DNA of 64,000 nucleotides from Balanoglossus misakiensis (lineage: Eukaryota; Animalia; Hemichordata), in NCBI GenBank assembly GCA_040954595.2, contig CM082577.2, positions 6,783,846 to 6,847,845 of the forward strand, given 5' to 3'. The notes below the pieces were generated by a model. It saw only the letters and a list, made by a program, of their open reading frames with translations, had not been told where the DNA came from and did no database searches. A program made the translations under genes and the position numbers. Shown here one piece after another: positions 37,767 to 51,300 of this stretch. Position 1 is the stretch's first letter; the number at the start of each line of letters is the position of its first letter.

Positions 37767-38500
37767 TTTCAGATTTCCTAAAATGTTAATTGGACAGCAA
37801 GGCTGTGCGGCGAAGGTTGGTTTTACAGGAATTTTTACATTTAAACTTCCATAGTTTCTGACGCAAGGTAATTTTAGGTGGCTATGCGGAAGTTTTGTTT
37901 TGATAATACGGAAGTGACGTAAAGGATGTGTCTGATTGGTTGCTTTACTTAGACCTGGCGTAGTCTTCGCTTATTGGACCGATTTGTAGAGAAAACGCTG
38001 GCAAATTAGAGTGGTTATGGGTAGATCTTGTCCGTAAACCATATGACTTTGATCTCAGCTGTCCCCTTAAAATTAGTACCGTTCATATATTAGAAACGTT
38101 TGGTCAATTCTCCGACTGCGACTTGTGAGCTATTTTTAGAAGTATGACACAGTAGCAAAAGCTGATTGGTTAATAGATGAAGTTAAAGGTCACTTGTCTA
38201 AGGTCACCAATCTAACATTTTTATTTCCATTTTTCATTTGATTTTTTTCAAAATTCATCTTTGATGCTTGTTTGTTTATCAATATCCGAAATAAATTAGA
38301 GTTTCATACATATTAGACGATGTGAAACGAAATACCTCGAAAGGTGGGATGAACGCCCCCTTGCGCAGGTTTGAGTGCGCGGCAGCCTCTAAATCTTTAT
38401 TTACATCGTCTGGCGGCCTCATCCAGATCCACACAGAACGTATGTGCGGTGAGAAGAGAAATCAGGAAGCTGGGACAAAACGCATAAACCTGATCTTTCA
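37767..38500. promoter_or_regulatory. Divergent promoter region between IRE1 and TEX2
   Basis: Lies between the IRE1 ATG and a probable TEX2 non-coding first exon (donor-like GTGAGT near 38500). Contains CGGAAGT ETS sites, an ETS-CRE composite CGGAAGTGACGT (37909-37920), several ATTGG/CCAAT boxes and an ERSE-like element (37959-37977). Confidence 0.65.
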
Positions 38501-38848
38501 GTGAGTGAGTATGACGCCTTCTAAGAGAGAGTAAAGTGACATCACTGACTTTCTAAAAAAAATCATCGTTTACTTGATTTTTGAGGATTGTTGTCGAAAT
38601 GTACGTGCATCATCATCCGTTCCTTGATAACGTCGCACACATGTAAGTTTGGCGTTCGGATATCAAATCGTCTTACAAAATGTAAGAATACATGTGCTTT
38701 GCTCACTTTGCACGTTGTTTCCACACGGAAAAGGCATGCGGTGCTTGCTGACTTCTTTTCAGCGACACAGTTTCATTTTACAATTTTGAACGCACAGGGG
38801 GTTTTATGTTGTTTTTGCAAGATAGGACACCATCGAACTGACTGACTG

Positions 38849-38865
38849 TAGATAGATAGATAGAT
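38849..38865. repeat. (TAGA)n microsatellite
   Basis: Directly visible. Confidence 0.75.
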
Positions 38866-39305
38866 GATCTGGTCACCCACGTATGTTATTCCCTTGACCC
38901 GTGGATCACGAAGATTCTTGACCGCCCCGAAAGAAAGGACCCAAAAGTGTTTACTAATAAACAGGTATACAAAGGCGAGTGAAGTTTAATGGTATAACAC
39001 AAAGATTTCACAATGTGTAGTTATAGGGCAAACTGATATCAGGACAACCTGTTATCCAGATATTTATCAGAAGCTGACCCCAATACACTGCTCATCACCA
39101 AAACTATTTATATTTTACTCATTAATACAGGTGTCCATAGGAAATGACGTGATAAATTCAAATGACGTTAACGCCACAAAATGAACATCAATAAGTGGTT
39201 GAGAATGTGATCACCTTGAAGAATTTGCTTCCTGTCATTTACATGAAGAACGTTGCCAGTTATGTGTGACAAAATCAGCTAACCAGTTTCAACAGAGCGT
39301 ACAGG

Positions 39306-42300
39306 ATGACGGAAAAGAAGGTGCCCCCACCGAGGCCTCCAGCGCCCAAATTGTCATCTCTGAAGAACAGCCGGAGTACAAAAACCAACCTGCCGTCGGT
39401 CAGCATCAAGTACAACCCATTGATGGCCAACGACGACGACGATGATGATTATGATTATTTCCAGAACGAGATTGCCATCGTGACAGAGAAAAAGAAACCT
39501 GTCCCTTCATCAGTCCCCGTTCCTCAGAATGACAAAGGTGCGGCGCTTAATAACCAGAAATATGAGAGTAAGCCGTCGACGTCTCCAAAGCAGAAACAGC
39601 CGGAAAAGAAAGAGAATTCCAAACCGGCCAGCTTAACAGGGAAGTCGAAGTCATTTGATAGAGGTTTGATCACTGTGAGCAGCGAAACTCTCGCTGAGGA
39701 GGAAGAAACCAAATCTTTGTTCGATGGGATAAAAGATGCTATCAGTGACCCGCTGACGTTTTACAGTAAAATGTTTGAAGAAGAAGAAAAAGAAATGGAA
39801 GAAAGACCGCCGCCAAGTCCGCCGTTCTCTTCAAGGCCCAGATCAAGCAGTGCTAGGACCAGTACTTCCCACGGTATGCATTCGAGAACTAAAAGTCTTG
39901 ACAGAGAGCTGCTCCCGTTCGGGGAGGATGCTCTAGATCTTGTCCCCGATCACTACCAGTCTGAAAGCATCACCTTTCTTAACAAACCCGCCAGTGGCAG
40001 CCAGGAAAAGGTGCAAAGTTGCAGAGGTGAGCCTGCCAAGACTCGTGGTGTCGGAAAGGCGCCGGACAGCCCAAAGCGGCAGGCTAGCACTATAAAGAAG
40101 GTCAGCTCCAGTCCCATGACTATGTCGTTCTCCAACCTCCTGGTGCACTCCGTCAGCGCGGAAGATGTCGGCGCCATGGATGTGAAAAGGCTACCCAAGC
40201 AGGCGAGTGAGGTAGACGACAACAGCTCCGACAGTCCGCATTCCGAATTCGGCAGTGACTTCCTAGACGAGAAAGTCGATGAGCTAGAATCACCCAAAGA
40301 AGACAAACCTGTTCCCGTTGTGGCAGTTCCATCAGAACCTTTTCCGTTCACACCAGTCCTTGGCGTGAGCATGCTTGTTTATGCGTTCTTCACGTTGCCA
40401 CTTCCAGCCTACCTGGAAGGCATGTGTGTTGGGTTTGCTGCTGCTTTCTACTTGGGCAGCTTCGCCTTCTGGCTGATGGCCCCAGCGAATCCAAAGGACT
40501 TTACAGACCCAATTGATGTCAGTCTTCTACCACCGCTGCGAGTACCTGTGACCAAGACTAAAATGAAAGAAGATGAGAAACTTCAACACAAGGTTAGTAG
40601 TTTAGAAATCTCTAGGCACCACAACCACACGCTCTCAAACCAACAACTCGAAGCCCCACTGATACAACTGTAAGAGAACAATTGTGCATCGAGTTGTTGA
40701 TTTAAGAGCCTGTGACCAAAACCATCCTTACCACCAATTGGATGTGCTGGCCAAAGTATCACTGAGTGAAGTTTAGCAAGTTGCTTGCTTTCAAAAGCAT
40801 TTATTTTTCAGTATCATATTAAACAGTAGATATTTTCCCCCACAGTACATGTACCCGTACTTCCATACATTCTGCAAAATCATCTAATATTTTGCAACAC
40901 TGGTATTGCAAATATTATTCTATTCTAAAGGCTATCATATCACAATATTAGCTTTAATTTATAAAGTCACACATATTGTGATGTGTAAACAATGCTACAG
41001 ATATGATATAGCCAAGATATGTGTAGTTGTTATGCTATGCTTTTGACACATCACAAGTGGCAAAAGAGTATACACTTCTGCTAAAGATAACCAATGGGGA
41101 GCCCAGAGGCTTTGTAGTCACTCAGGTGTAAACATAGATGTGACTGAATCTCTACAGTATAAGCCAAAAAATCATGCTCATAATACCATGTACGTTCTGT
41201 ATGGGTTGATTATTAACATCTAGTACTTTGTAAGGTAAATAGTACCAGCCTCCATAATCACAGGTCTATTCATTTTCCAGCTAACAATTAACTTGAATTG
41301 TATCAAAACAATGGCCATTAATCTGAAAAATTAGTAAGATTGAAAACATTCCTAAGCCAGGTCAACAGTTCTCACTATATGAAGATGATTAATTACTTTG
41401 TATTTTTAATGAAAAATTGTATTTTTAACCCTGGCTATTTTAAAGGATGATTTGTGTTTGTCACAAAATATACCAAATAATTTCATATGTCGAAATTAAC
41501 TTCTAGTATTATAATGTCTGGTGTGTGAATTTCATGGTATATGTATATCAATATTTACCCTAATCCTTTCCAGGAAGATTGCCTTGATAAATCCTACAAG
41601 ATTAGCTTGATAAATCGTGTACATATACTAAGCAGGTTTCCTAATATGAGCTGCTACGTCATTTTCACTCTGAACTGAAATAGCCAAAATAATTATACCC
41701 TTTTCATCTAAGTTAATCTAATAGGCACGTAGATTACATGTATCTTCAGTAAAACAGTTTGTAAAAATATCACCAGTGTGTTAATGTTCAATGTGAAAAT
41801 AAAATGTCCAACCATTTCTCAGAAATGTACCATGCTTTTCTGAGTATACAACTTAGCCAGAACTTCTGATTGGCATTTAGTTGGAAATGCCAACGCTCAT
41901 GTAACGACTAACCCATACTGTACATTGAACCATGTGCAAAGTTTGTTTTGACAGTCGAGAAATGCTGAAATAGTGTGACAATTATCCCCTGGTCATTAAC
42001 TGTGAAATTAATAACTGCTTGAAAAATTATTGCCATTACAGATGGGACCACCCACACTGCCAGTCGCAGTGTTCACAGTTTTGTGAAAGTCTGTCGGTTG
42101 TAGGACTCTGTTCCTAGGTTATTCTGTTGCTGAATCTGAAATAAAGCATTGGTTTTATCAGAGTTCACAGAATGAAAACACTTTAGAGTCTTCTCATATG
42201 TCCATTTCAATTAATTAATAGTCAAATATTTGCCAGCGGTCGATTCTTTATTAGTTCATCCGTATCAGTGTGTGCCAGGTACGAAGTCAAGAAACAGTGA

Positions 42301-45300
42301 ATTATTAATTTTACTTTATCGTATCTATGGGTACTGGTAATGACAACATTGGTGGGTTTCATCAGAAAAAAAGCTGGAATTGTTCTATAAATAAGCTTAT
42401 GTCTGGTCATCATCATCAGTGCCTTGACGTCGAGTATTTAGGTCTTCAAGGGATTTGTTAGTGATTGTATGGCTGCCCGCAAAATAGGAAGCACTGTAAA
42501 ATAAACTCTAATTGTGCTTTCAATGCACATTCCAATCGTCTCCAGGTTTGAAGCTTAGTTGCTGTGTTTTATCATGCTTGCATAATATTAACTGTACTGG
42601 GTCAGGGAGACATCAGAAAATACAAAACACACACTGCAGGCAAGAAAACCTGCCACAACTGCAACAGGTTAAAATGATATGCCAACAATAATTATGTCAA
42701 ATATTAATTATGTGGTGAAAACAAGTACATACACTGTTGACTGAGTTTGCATGATATATTAGAATTTCAAAGAGAGATCAATGATAGGGAAGTGCTTGTG
42801 TGTTTTCTCTTTGAGCAAGACTCAACCGAAAGGGGAAAAAATGACCCCTGGCAATGAAAGGAAATGGGTAAACAGACCTCTAGCTATTCTGTTCTGTTTA
42901 ATTGAACACAGTGACATTAACGTCAAATAGTCAGTAATCTACTGACAGGTACATGCAATTGGAAGAGGGGGGTCAGAGTTGGCATTTTGATGATTTTTTC
43001 TGAGATTGTCGTGCATCGCTGTTCATCATAACTGAACGTAGGTGATAGGTGTATCATTGCAGGATGTGAATTAAAGTTCATGACCCTACATGTTCATGCG
43101 TTATCATCCAGTCAATTTACATTTTAAACTCCACATTTCTACAACATAGTGTTTGATGCACAACAGAAAGAACAAAAACCACGCTAGAACAAAGTCTCAT
43201 CTACAGCAGATAGAATACCTACAGTCATGTGAAAGAGTACAAATAAATTGTACACTGCCGTCATGCATTGGACGTCACATGTGTGTGGCTGGTACGATGT
43301 ACCTTCCATGCATAAGGCCTCCTATAATTTCAGTGTACTTGTAGCTTGCAGCTTTCTCATTCATCTTGTTGGACATGCAACTGACATCTTGACATCAGGA
43401 GATACACATTTTGCTCACAATTCTGTTTGTATCAGATCACAACTGAGTCTAATCGTACATTCTGATTGTAATTGAAAATAATTACAATTGAGAAATCATG
43501 ACAGCTTTACATGCGTAATCATCATAAGTTAATTTCATGGCTACATGCCTTTTATTGTGTGAAGTAATTAAATAAAAGCGTTCTTGTGTTTTGTGACATT
43601 CACTGCTATATGGAAAGAGAAAGTGAGCTTGAAACAGATGAATATTCTGTGCACCCAGCATTAAGATTTGATTTAACCAAACCTTACTTAATGGCAGCTA
43701 ATAGCTTGTTGCCACTGTAACCAGTTGAAGGCTATTAACAGCGGTAATCATTGAAAGTAGACAGACATATCCAGGATGAGACTTTGTGATTTTCGAGATG
43801 ATTTAATTTTGCACACACAGAGGCAATGAAGCGTGAGAATAAAGCACTTCCAACCGCGACTGATAAAATGAGAACTAAAGCTTGAGGGTTACCAGGGGTC
43901 GTTGTCTTGGTTACTGACCAGCCATTTTCCTCTCCCAATGCAAGACTTGCAGCAATCATTTTGAGATTTGCGTGTGGAGCGGAATTGAATTTGTTAAAAC
44001 TCAAGCTGAAACGCTGTAAACTTTATTTATTTAAATCAGTTTTATCAGTAAAATGTTCTGAATTATATGGAATACTTCGGATTTTGTATTTGCACCTAAT
44101 GACAGAATAAGCCTATCATAATAATAAGGTTAACGCACTTTCATATTAAAATATCACTGTAGTCTTGGGTAGAAAAATAACCCAACGTAATTGAAGCATG
44201 CATTGGTATTTGCTTCTAATAAATTAAAATTATCCCCGGAGTAATTCTTGTGTCGTTAAAATATGTGCAAGTTCTAAAAATGTTTGCACATCTGTTGATA
44301 AGCAATTCCATGTTGATTACACTGACTATTGCCAAAGTATTTTCAGCTGAAATTTAAAAAATTCCAAATTATCATTTGGTATACTAAATGTGGCATTGGT
44401 TGAAAGTCTGTACATGAAATATGTAAACATTTTGTGTTTCACAATGTTGCTTGCTCCAGAAATATGTGAAATGGTTGTTCATGTGAGTCATTCGGGGCAA
44501 AAAGGAAATGAATCAAAATTAATATGACCCTCAAAACAGACAGTTGTTGCTCCATAAATCTATCAAGTCACCATATATTTACAGGAAATTTTTGCAAGAT
44601 GACTGTTGAATGCCTACCCCAGGGATAGTACATGTACATGGGTTTCATTTCTAGGGACAGAGAAAATAAATGGAAAATTTGTTGTCGTTTACAGTTCTAA
44701 TAGGGCAGCGTCTTGTAACATCATGGTTCAGTACTCTCTCATAAGATGTCTCGTGTAAATGTGATTCCAATCACAGGTTGGTTGGCTGTACTCTCATTGA
44801 TCAATATACAACTTCCAAATTGTAATTTTGATTTCTCTCCCTTCTGGCTTGCTTGCATTATGGCATGCATTTTTCCATGTCTACATGCATTATTGCATGC
44901 ATTTTTTCTATACCTCTCTCTTTCAAAGCTATTCAGTGAAAAATAGTCATTTCCATGACCACGAGTCTGTCTTCTCAAATCGAATACATCCTGGCACAAA
45001 TGAGATGGCACCTTAGTTGTCTGAGTGCCTGGCATTGTCAAAGAAATATTTTCCCCTAATACAATCAGATGTTGGAAGTGGTATCTGCTAATTTTCCATT
45101 GCAGTAATTTAAATGAAAAGTCCAGCATAAATGCAACTTGTACATGTACTACCTACATTGTACAAGAGACCTAACTTGAGCCACACTGCTGTTATTATCA
45201 GGCTCTCACAAAGGCAGACAAACTCTCTATCGTCTTCAGAATACCGGTATGTTGTAATAAGACACTCTGGTGGCATTATCATACACAATATGAAAGAAGG

Positions 45301-48300
45301 CTATATATATACTCAGTTTGACAAATGAAAGATCATTTTCTGAAAGGCTAGTGTTGCAGTGATAATACATGTATACAAATCGGTTGCAAACATCTCTAAA
45401 TGCATATTATATATCAAGTTGATACCAGACGAAATGGAAAGAATCACATAAATTCTGGCAGTAGACAATCATATATTCATAGTTACAAGCGTGTCGTAAG
45501 TGCATTCATCCATGTGATATCTGATGTGGAAGCTGTTTCCCCGCTGTAATTTTCACCAGTGATAATTTGAATGTATTGACTGCCTGATTATTTTAATTTG
45601 ATCCATGCAATCAATTTTCAGGTTGTCATATTCTGTGTACGGTGAAATTCAGGCGTGTTGGAAACAAAATCAGTTTGTGGTTAGGATTATTTCTGTTACT
45701 TCACCACCAATAGTAATATATTCCCTGTTTAATAATCATTTTCTCAGGTTTTACATGCAATGGTTCTGAGTCCCAATAAATGGCATGCATGATGCAGGCA
45801 TAGTCATGTCAGTGTTTCACCACTAACCATGGCAACTGTAATCCAGTCAAGTCAAGCTTTAAAAATATATGCAGTTTATACAGATGGCAGTTATTGATAG
45901 TGTGATTATTGCGTAGCCACTGTGCTGTTTGACAGTAATCGCTCATTTATCACATACTGTGTTGTGCAGGGTTTAATTTCCATGTTGATGGTCATCAAGG
46001 GAATTTCATGTCCCCCTGGCAGCAGTTGTACTCAGTTCAACAAACTGAAAGATCTAAAAAAAAGGACACAGTCAACGTTATGACCTGCCCATAGACGAGA
46101 GTGTGACCCACCTCAGCCTGAAGGTCAGCATGGCTCCAAAAATGAGCCATCTTAATAGCTATCCGGGCCATGTTGTGCAACAGTATGATACCGTAGACCA
46201 CTGAGTTTTGTTAGGTCTGGAGAATGGGTTTATAAGATGTCTCTTAGAATTTTACAGTAACGTATACTCCTGGAAAACCCTGGAAAGTATCTGGTTTTGA
46301 AACTACTCCTGAAAAAACTAGTTCTGAAAAACATGACATTTACTGGGAAATTGATTTACAGTACCTAAATATCCATGCCACTCATGCTATCATAAAATGT
46401 CAATGATTGCGAAAGATGTTTGACTATTAAAAAAGCATGGCATAATCACAACCCACACATCTCTCCTTATAAAGGACAAACCTCTCCTGTGAAGAGAGAC
46501 CCTGGGTAGCATCCTTATCTGCAGAAAAGTGTGAAGACCTTTCATGTCTTATCACCATGATTCTATTTTTATATATAATAGCCAGCAGTTTTTAATGCCA
46601 GGCATATGTAGCCAAGAAAGGAATGAAACGATAATTGAAAAATAGTTCACAAAGGTAATAAAAAGACAGTAATTGAATCAATCAAGATTTTATGTTCTGG
46701 CTTAATTTATAGGACATGCAAATAATGTCCTCGTTTTCCGGACATGTTGAACATTATTTCATTTTTACATTCAAGATTCATGAATTGTTTTTTCCATCTT
46801 ACAGTTTGACTCACAACACCAACACACACAAAAAAACATACATACATATTCATTTCTTTAATAATGGCATGATTCTTAATGTATTCCGAAAGTGTTCCAC
46901 AGACGACAATCCATAGCAAGGTACAGTCAACAACTTCTTAAATGCCAAAGAGGGTAAACTCGCACGCTAAAGCACCCTCACCTGGTGCAGTTCACACACT
47001 CACAGTGACATTAAAGCTAATGGATTGAACGTACTGTGAGCAGCACTGAGAATTTAGAACCCAAGGCTTATAATCTGAAAAATGAATTTCCGTGGCATCA
47101 TGCGAACCTGTCAAGCAACGTGTGATGGCTGGATATTTGTATGTCCCTGTCAACATCTCTGTATACTATAATTTATGCATTGAGACCAAATGAAAATGTC
47201 AGGCTGTAATATCTGCATTCATCTCATCATCATTGAATGTTAGAGGAAAGACCAGTTCTTTTAGCTGAGGTCAAAGGTCAGCTGATAAGCTCCATATTAG
47301 AGGGTGCCATGCTTGTACATGGCTGATATGATCTGTGATACCGGTGTGGGCCGTCTGTGTCTGGATATTCTTACCTTTACCCATGGCACACCCACACACT
47401 GACTGTTTGCACTGCAACCTCTGAAATATGCAATCTTCTAGTTAAAGTGCAAACTTGTCTATATATATAAATACATTTTTCAACAAATATTCAGATTTTT
47501 CTCTTTGGATTATGAAAGGGGAATTATTTAATTTTTCATCTATCTAACACCAAGTGGATGGAAATCCTATGGCAACAGAGAACTTTGTCAGTCTTACAAC
47601 CCAAGCTGTTTTTCTATGCAGACAGATTTATATTTATAACCTGGAGGAGAGAACAGATAATTGATATGTCTGTGTTTTGATGCTTTAATCGTTAAATCAG
47701 CACAGGTGGGTGGTGATGACCAAACAAACTGTAGCAAAATCCTTTTGGAATAAAAACCAGATTGATCTAGACGTAATCTGTCAAAATCAAACTTCTATTA
47801 TTATTATTATAACTCGTGTGCTGAATTCGAAATTTTGCTTTGATTGCTAAAGTGTGATGTAATGTTTCTCGATAATGATCTGCTAGCGAGAAATCCAGAT
47901 GCAATTTGTCTGGATCCTTAACAGTTGAACAGCTCTGATGAGTCTGAAGGAGATTCAAATTAGAAATTAGGCTGGGCAATCTTGAAGCCTAGATATCTTG
48001 CTGTGAGCCACCACAGGTACACTGTAGAGTTCGTTAAGTTTAATTTCGGCATGAAAGTTGGCGTAATTGTGTCTAGGTCTAGGGCTTTGCCTTACAATTA
48101 GATCGTTTTGATGTTACTGAGTGAGAGTTTATGAAAATTGCCCATTCTTGTCACCTGCAGCTGTTGCTCCAGATATGGAGGATTGATGTGAGGCTGAATT
48201 GATCAACGAGGTACATGTATCTCAAAAATTGAAATTTAAAAATGTGGAAGCCAGTTTCTTTCCCAGTGTGCAGTGACTGCTTGGCCGCATCTGACACTAA

Positions 48301-51300
48301 ACATCTTTTTGAACGGCACATTTTTTTTCTTGATATTTCAGGGTTGGTTGAACGAATTAATGAGTTATGACCCCGACAACTATCACATCAGCCACACGCA
48401 CTCGGTGTTTTTGCGCCTGGAGAACTACTCGCTGCGACTTTCGAGGCCCAAACAGAACATTCCGCGCAAGGCCTCGTGGGACGAGCCCAAGCACACCCCG
48501 ATGTTCATCCACCAGAGACACTTTGACCTGAGAGGGAGCGAGGTCTACCTCCTCCCGGAGGGGCTCTGCCGGAAACGGTGGTGGAGCAAGAAGTATCCCA
48601 TCTGCATACAGCTGGCCAAGGCGGGGACGAAGTCGCAGAGGAAGGTGGCGGACAGCAGCCCGACCGACTCGCTCATCGGCGAGGGCGCGAAGGGATTCGA
48701 CATCATCCAGAGGGAGGAGTGTACGGACACGACCCTGATTCTGTTCGGGCGCACGGGCCGAGAGAAGGAGGAGTGGTACCGCAAGCTGGAAATCGCCGCC
48801 AACTGGGAAGTCACCAAAGGGAAGAAACCGCTGCAGACTTTACTGAAGGGGAAACCGTCCACCAAGATCAAAGACGACGGCGTGGACACTGCCTCCTCCG
48901 ACGACGGCACGACCGTTGCGTTTGAGGACATCGAACGCACCAATCTGAAGGCCGGTATCGACTTCTACAAGTACATGTCCAAGCTCATCCCCAAGGGCAA
49001 GGAGGAGTTCGGCCAGGGGGTGAACATCAAGTCGGGAGGCGTCACGTACGCCAGTCCCGCTCGGAGAACCAAGCCGGAGCCGATCGGAAACGAATCTCCG
49101 GCGTCCTGGGTGAACGCAGGGATCAGCCGGAGTTTCTGGGACTTCCTCCGAGAGCAGCAGTGGGCCGGAGTTGTGGCCAACAAGATACAGAGAAAACTTA
49201 GCAAAATCAAGGTAAGTGAAATAATAGCAGTCTATCTTCCATCATGAGTTTCTTTGAGCTGCAGTACAGATGAAGTGTTCCTCTCTGAACTTCTGAAGTA
49301 TGATTTTCTGGAATTCAAGAATACAAAAAGTTGAAGCATTTAACACACTGTGTGTTTAGGTGCCGTACTTCATTAACCAGCTGGAAATCACGGACATAGA
49401 CCTAGGAATCGCAATGCCGGTCATCCGACGTGCTTCCCCGCCGGTCATGGACGAGCGCGGCCTCTGGGTCGACCTGGACATCACGTACTACGGCTCGTGC
49501 TGTATGACCCTGGAGACCAAACTGAATCTCACCAAACTGGGCAAGGAGAGCGGCCACTCCAGGGAGAGGGCGTTGTCCACTTCCAAACACGCGAAAACTG
49601 GCAGGTAAAAGAAACACAGTGTGTACTCGGTTATTCCAAAGGCATGTGTGCATTTCTGCATGTATTGTACACATGTAAACTCTGGCATTTTGAATCTTTC
49701 ACATTGCCCTATGCTATGTACTCACTGCACTACATTGCACCACACCACACTACACTTAACTACACTACAACTCAAAACAAGAAAATTCACTGTCTTTTTT
49801 TTCTCTCTTTCACACTGCAGATATAGAAAAAAAAAGCACTGTAACTACACATAAAATTGCATTAATTTTATTATGGTCTGAACAAGAAAGACGAAAACGA
49901 ACATTTTATATTTTTAATGTGAAACAGCTGTAACATGAATTGTGACAAGTGGAAACACAAAGGGGAATTGCAAGAAAGCAAACACGAATCATCTCAGCAT
50001 TGCATGAACCAACCCTTTTCCTTTTGGCCATATACATGTAGTTCTGTCAAATGCACTTCTGTTAAAAACTTTCGTTCGTTTCGTTTCCTTTTTTACTGAT
50101 ATAAATCCCAGGTGATAACTTTGAACAGAGCATTTATCTGTACCTATTCTCTAGTTTTCATTTCTAACTCTAACCTTTGCTTGTCCTTGCCTTTTTATTC
50201 CCGTTAGTCACCATATTTATTTTTCTCTCCTATTTCTCGCTTGTTTGTTGTTTTCTGTGTTGTTGCACACTGTCTGGCTTCCCTTTGTACATGATGGTTG
50301 CAAAAAAAAAACTATAGAAAGGGAAGGAAGGAGGCTAAGACGCACACTAACAAGACTGCCGCTAGCAAAAGTGGTGATTATCCTAACCCTGCTTCCAAAT
50401 CTGTCTACTCTAAGACTAAGAGGTGAGAGGTGTAGAACTCAGTTACGGAGTTGGGGAGTCCACCGTGCAGTAAGACTTCACCCTTGACTGCCTTTTGGTG
50501 GTTGCAGTCTATGTTATCATTTCATTGGGACCATTGGTAGAAAAAATTCCCATTTTGTTTGTGTTCTTTATGGTGATTAATTCTAGTCGACAGAAATTAA
50601 CAGTAACTATTAAGTAGATTACATTAATGGGGACATGTAGGGTCAATTTTGTCATGTACCAAATAAATAATTTTCAAGATAGTATAATTTCGCATCCACT
50701 GTCTGTCCTTATATCCAGGGCCGTTCATTTAAAATTCTCAAATTTGCACATTTTTAATGCACCATAAAAATAAACACAGCACCGCTTATCCTGTCACAGC
50801 TGTTGTTTGTATTCTTCTGAAGGTCAATTGAAATTAGTCCCCAAATTCTAATTCTGGTATTTTCTGGTCGAATATCATTGTTGATCAGATTAGAGCTGTT
50901 TTTTTCATGGATACCAATAAGTAGGTTGGTGGAGTAGTTCTGTGGAATGTAATACAAATATTGGTTTAGCTATTAAAATGAGAAACATTGAGAAAGAAGT
51001 GAATTGTGTGAATGAGCAAGGATTTAAACAGTCAAACATGCAAAATTCTCTCAAAATAGTTCCAAATTGCTGGCAAGGTAAAAAAAAACTCTGACAAGTA
51101 GACGTAATATGTATCATGGGTGCACAATGCCACATGTGTGAGACAGGATGAAGGCTGAGGATTCTGTACCTTCATAATGCTGTGCCCACCTTTGTAATGT
51201 ACAGTACATGTAGTAATAACTGCTTGTTCTGTTTGCTTCCTTGCATTCAGTCCATCAGCTGCTCTGGACAGCGATGAGGAGGACAGTGCTGAGTCGTCTG

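Noticed and set aside
39145-39152. UPRE-like TGACGTGA in the TEX2 5' UTR exon
   Set aside because: A single 8-mer distant from the presumed start site; expected by chance.
40593-48341. Possible nested gene or ncRNA in the 7.7-kb TEX2 intron
   Set aside because: Only short AT-rich ORFs without recognisable motifs or a consistent exon chain; no convincing snoRNA boxes or miRNA hairpin seen by eye.
49821-49854. Strong acceptor followed by short in-frame YRKKKHCNYT-stop in a TEX2 intron
   Set aside because: No phase-compatible donor, and as a terminal exon it would truncate the SMP domain. Unsupported without transcripts.
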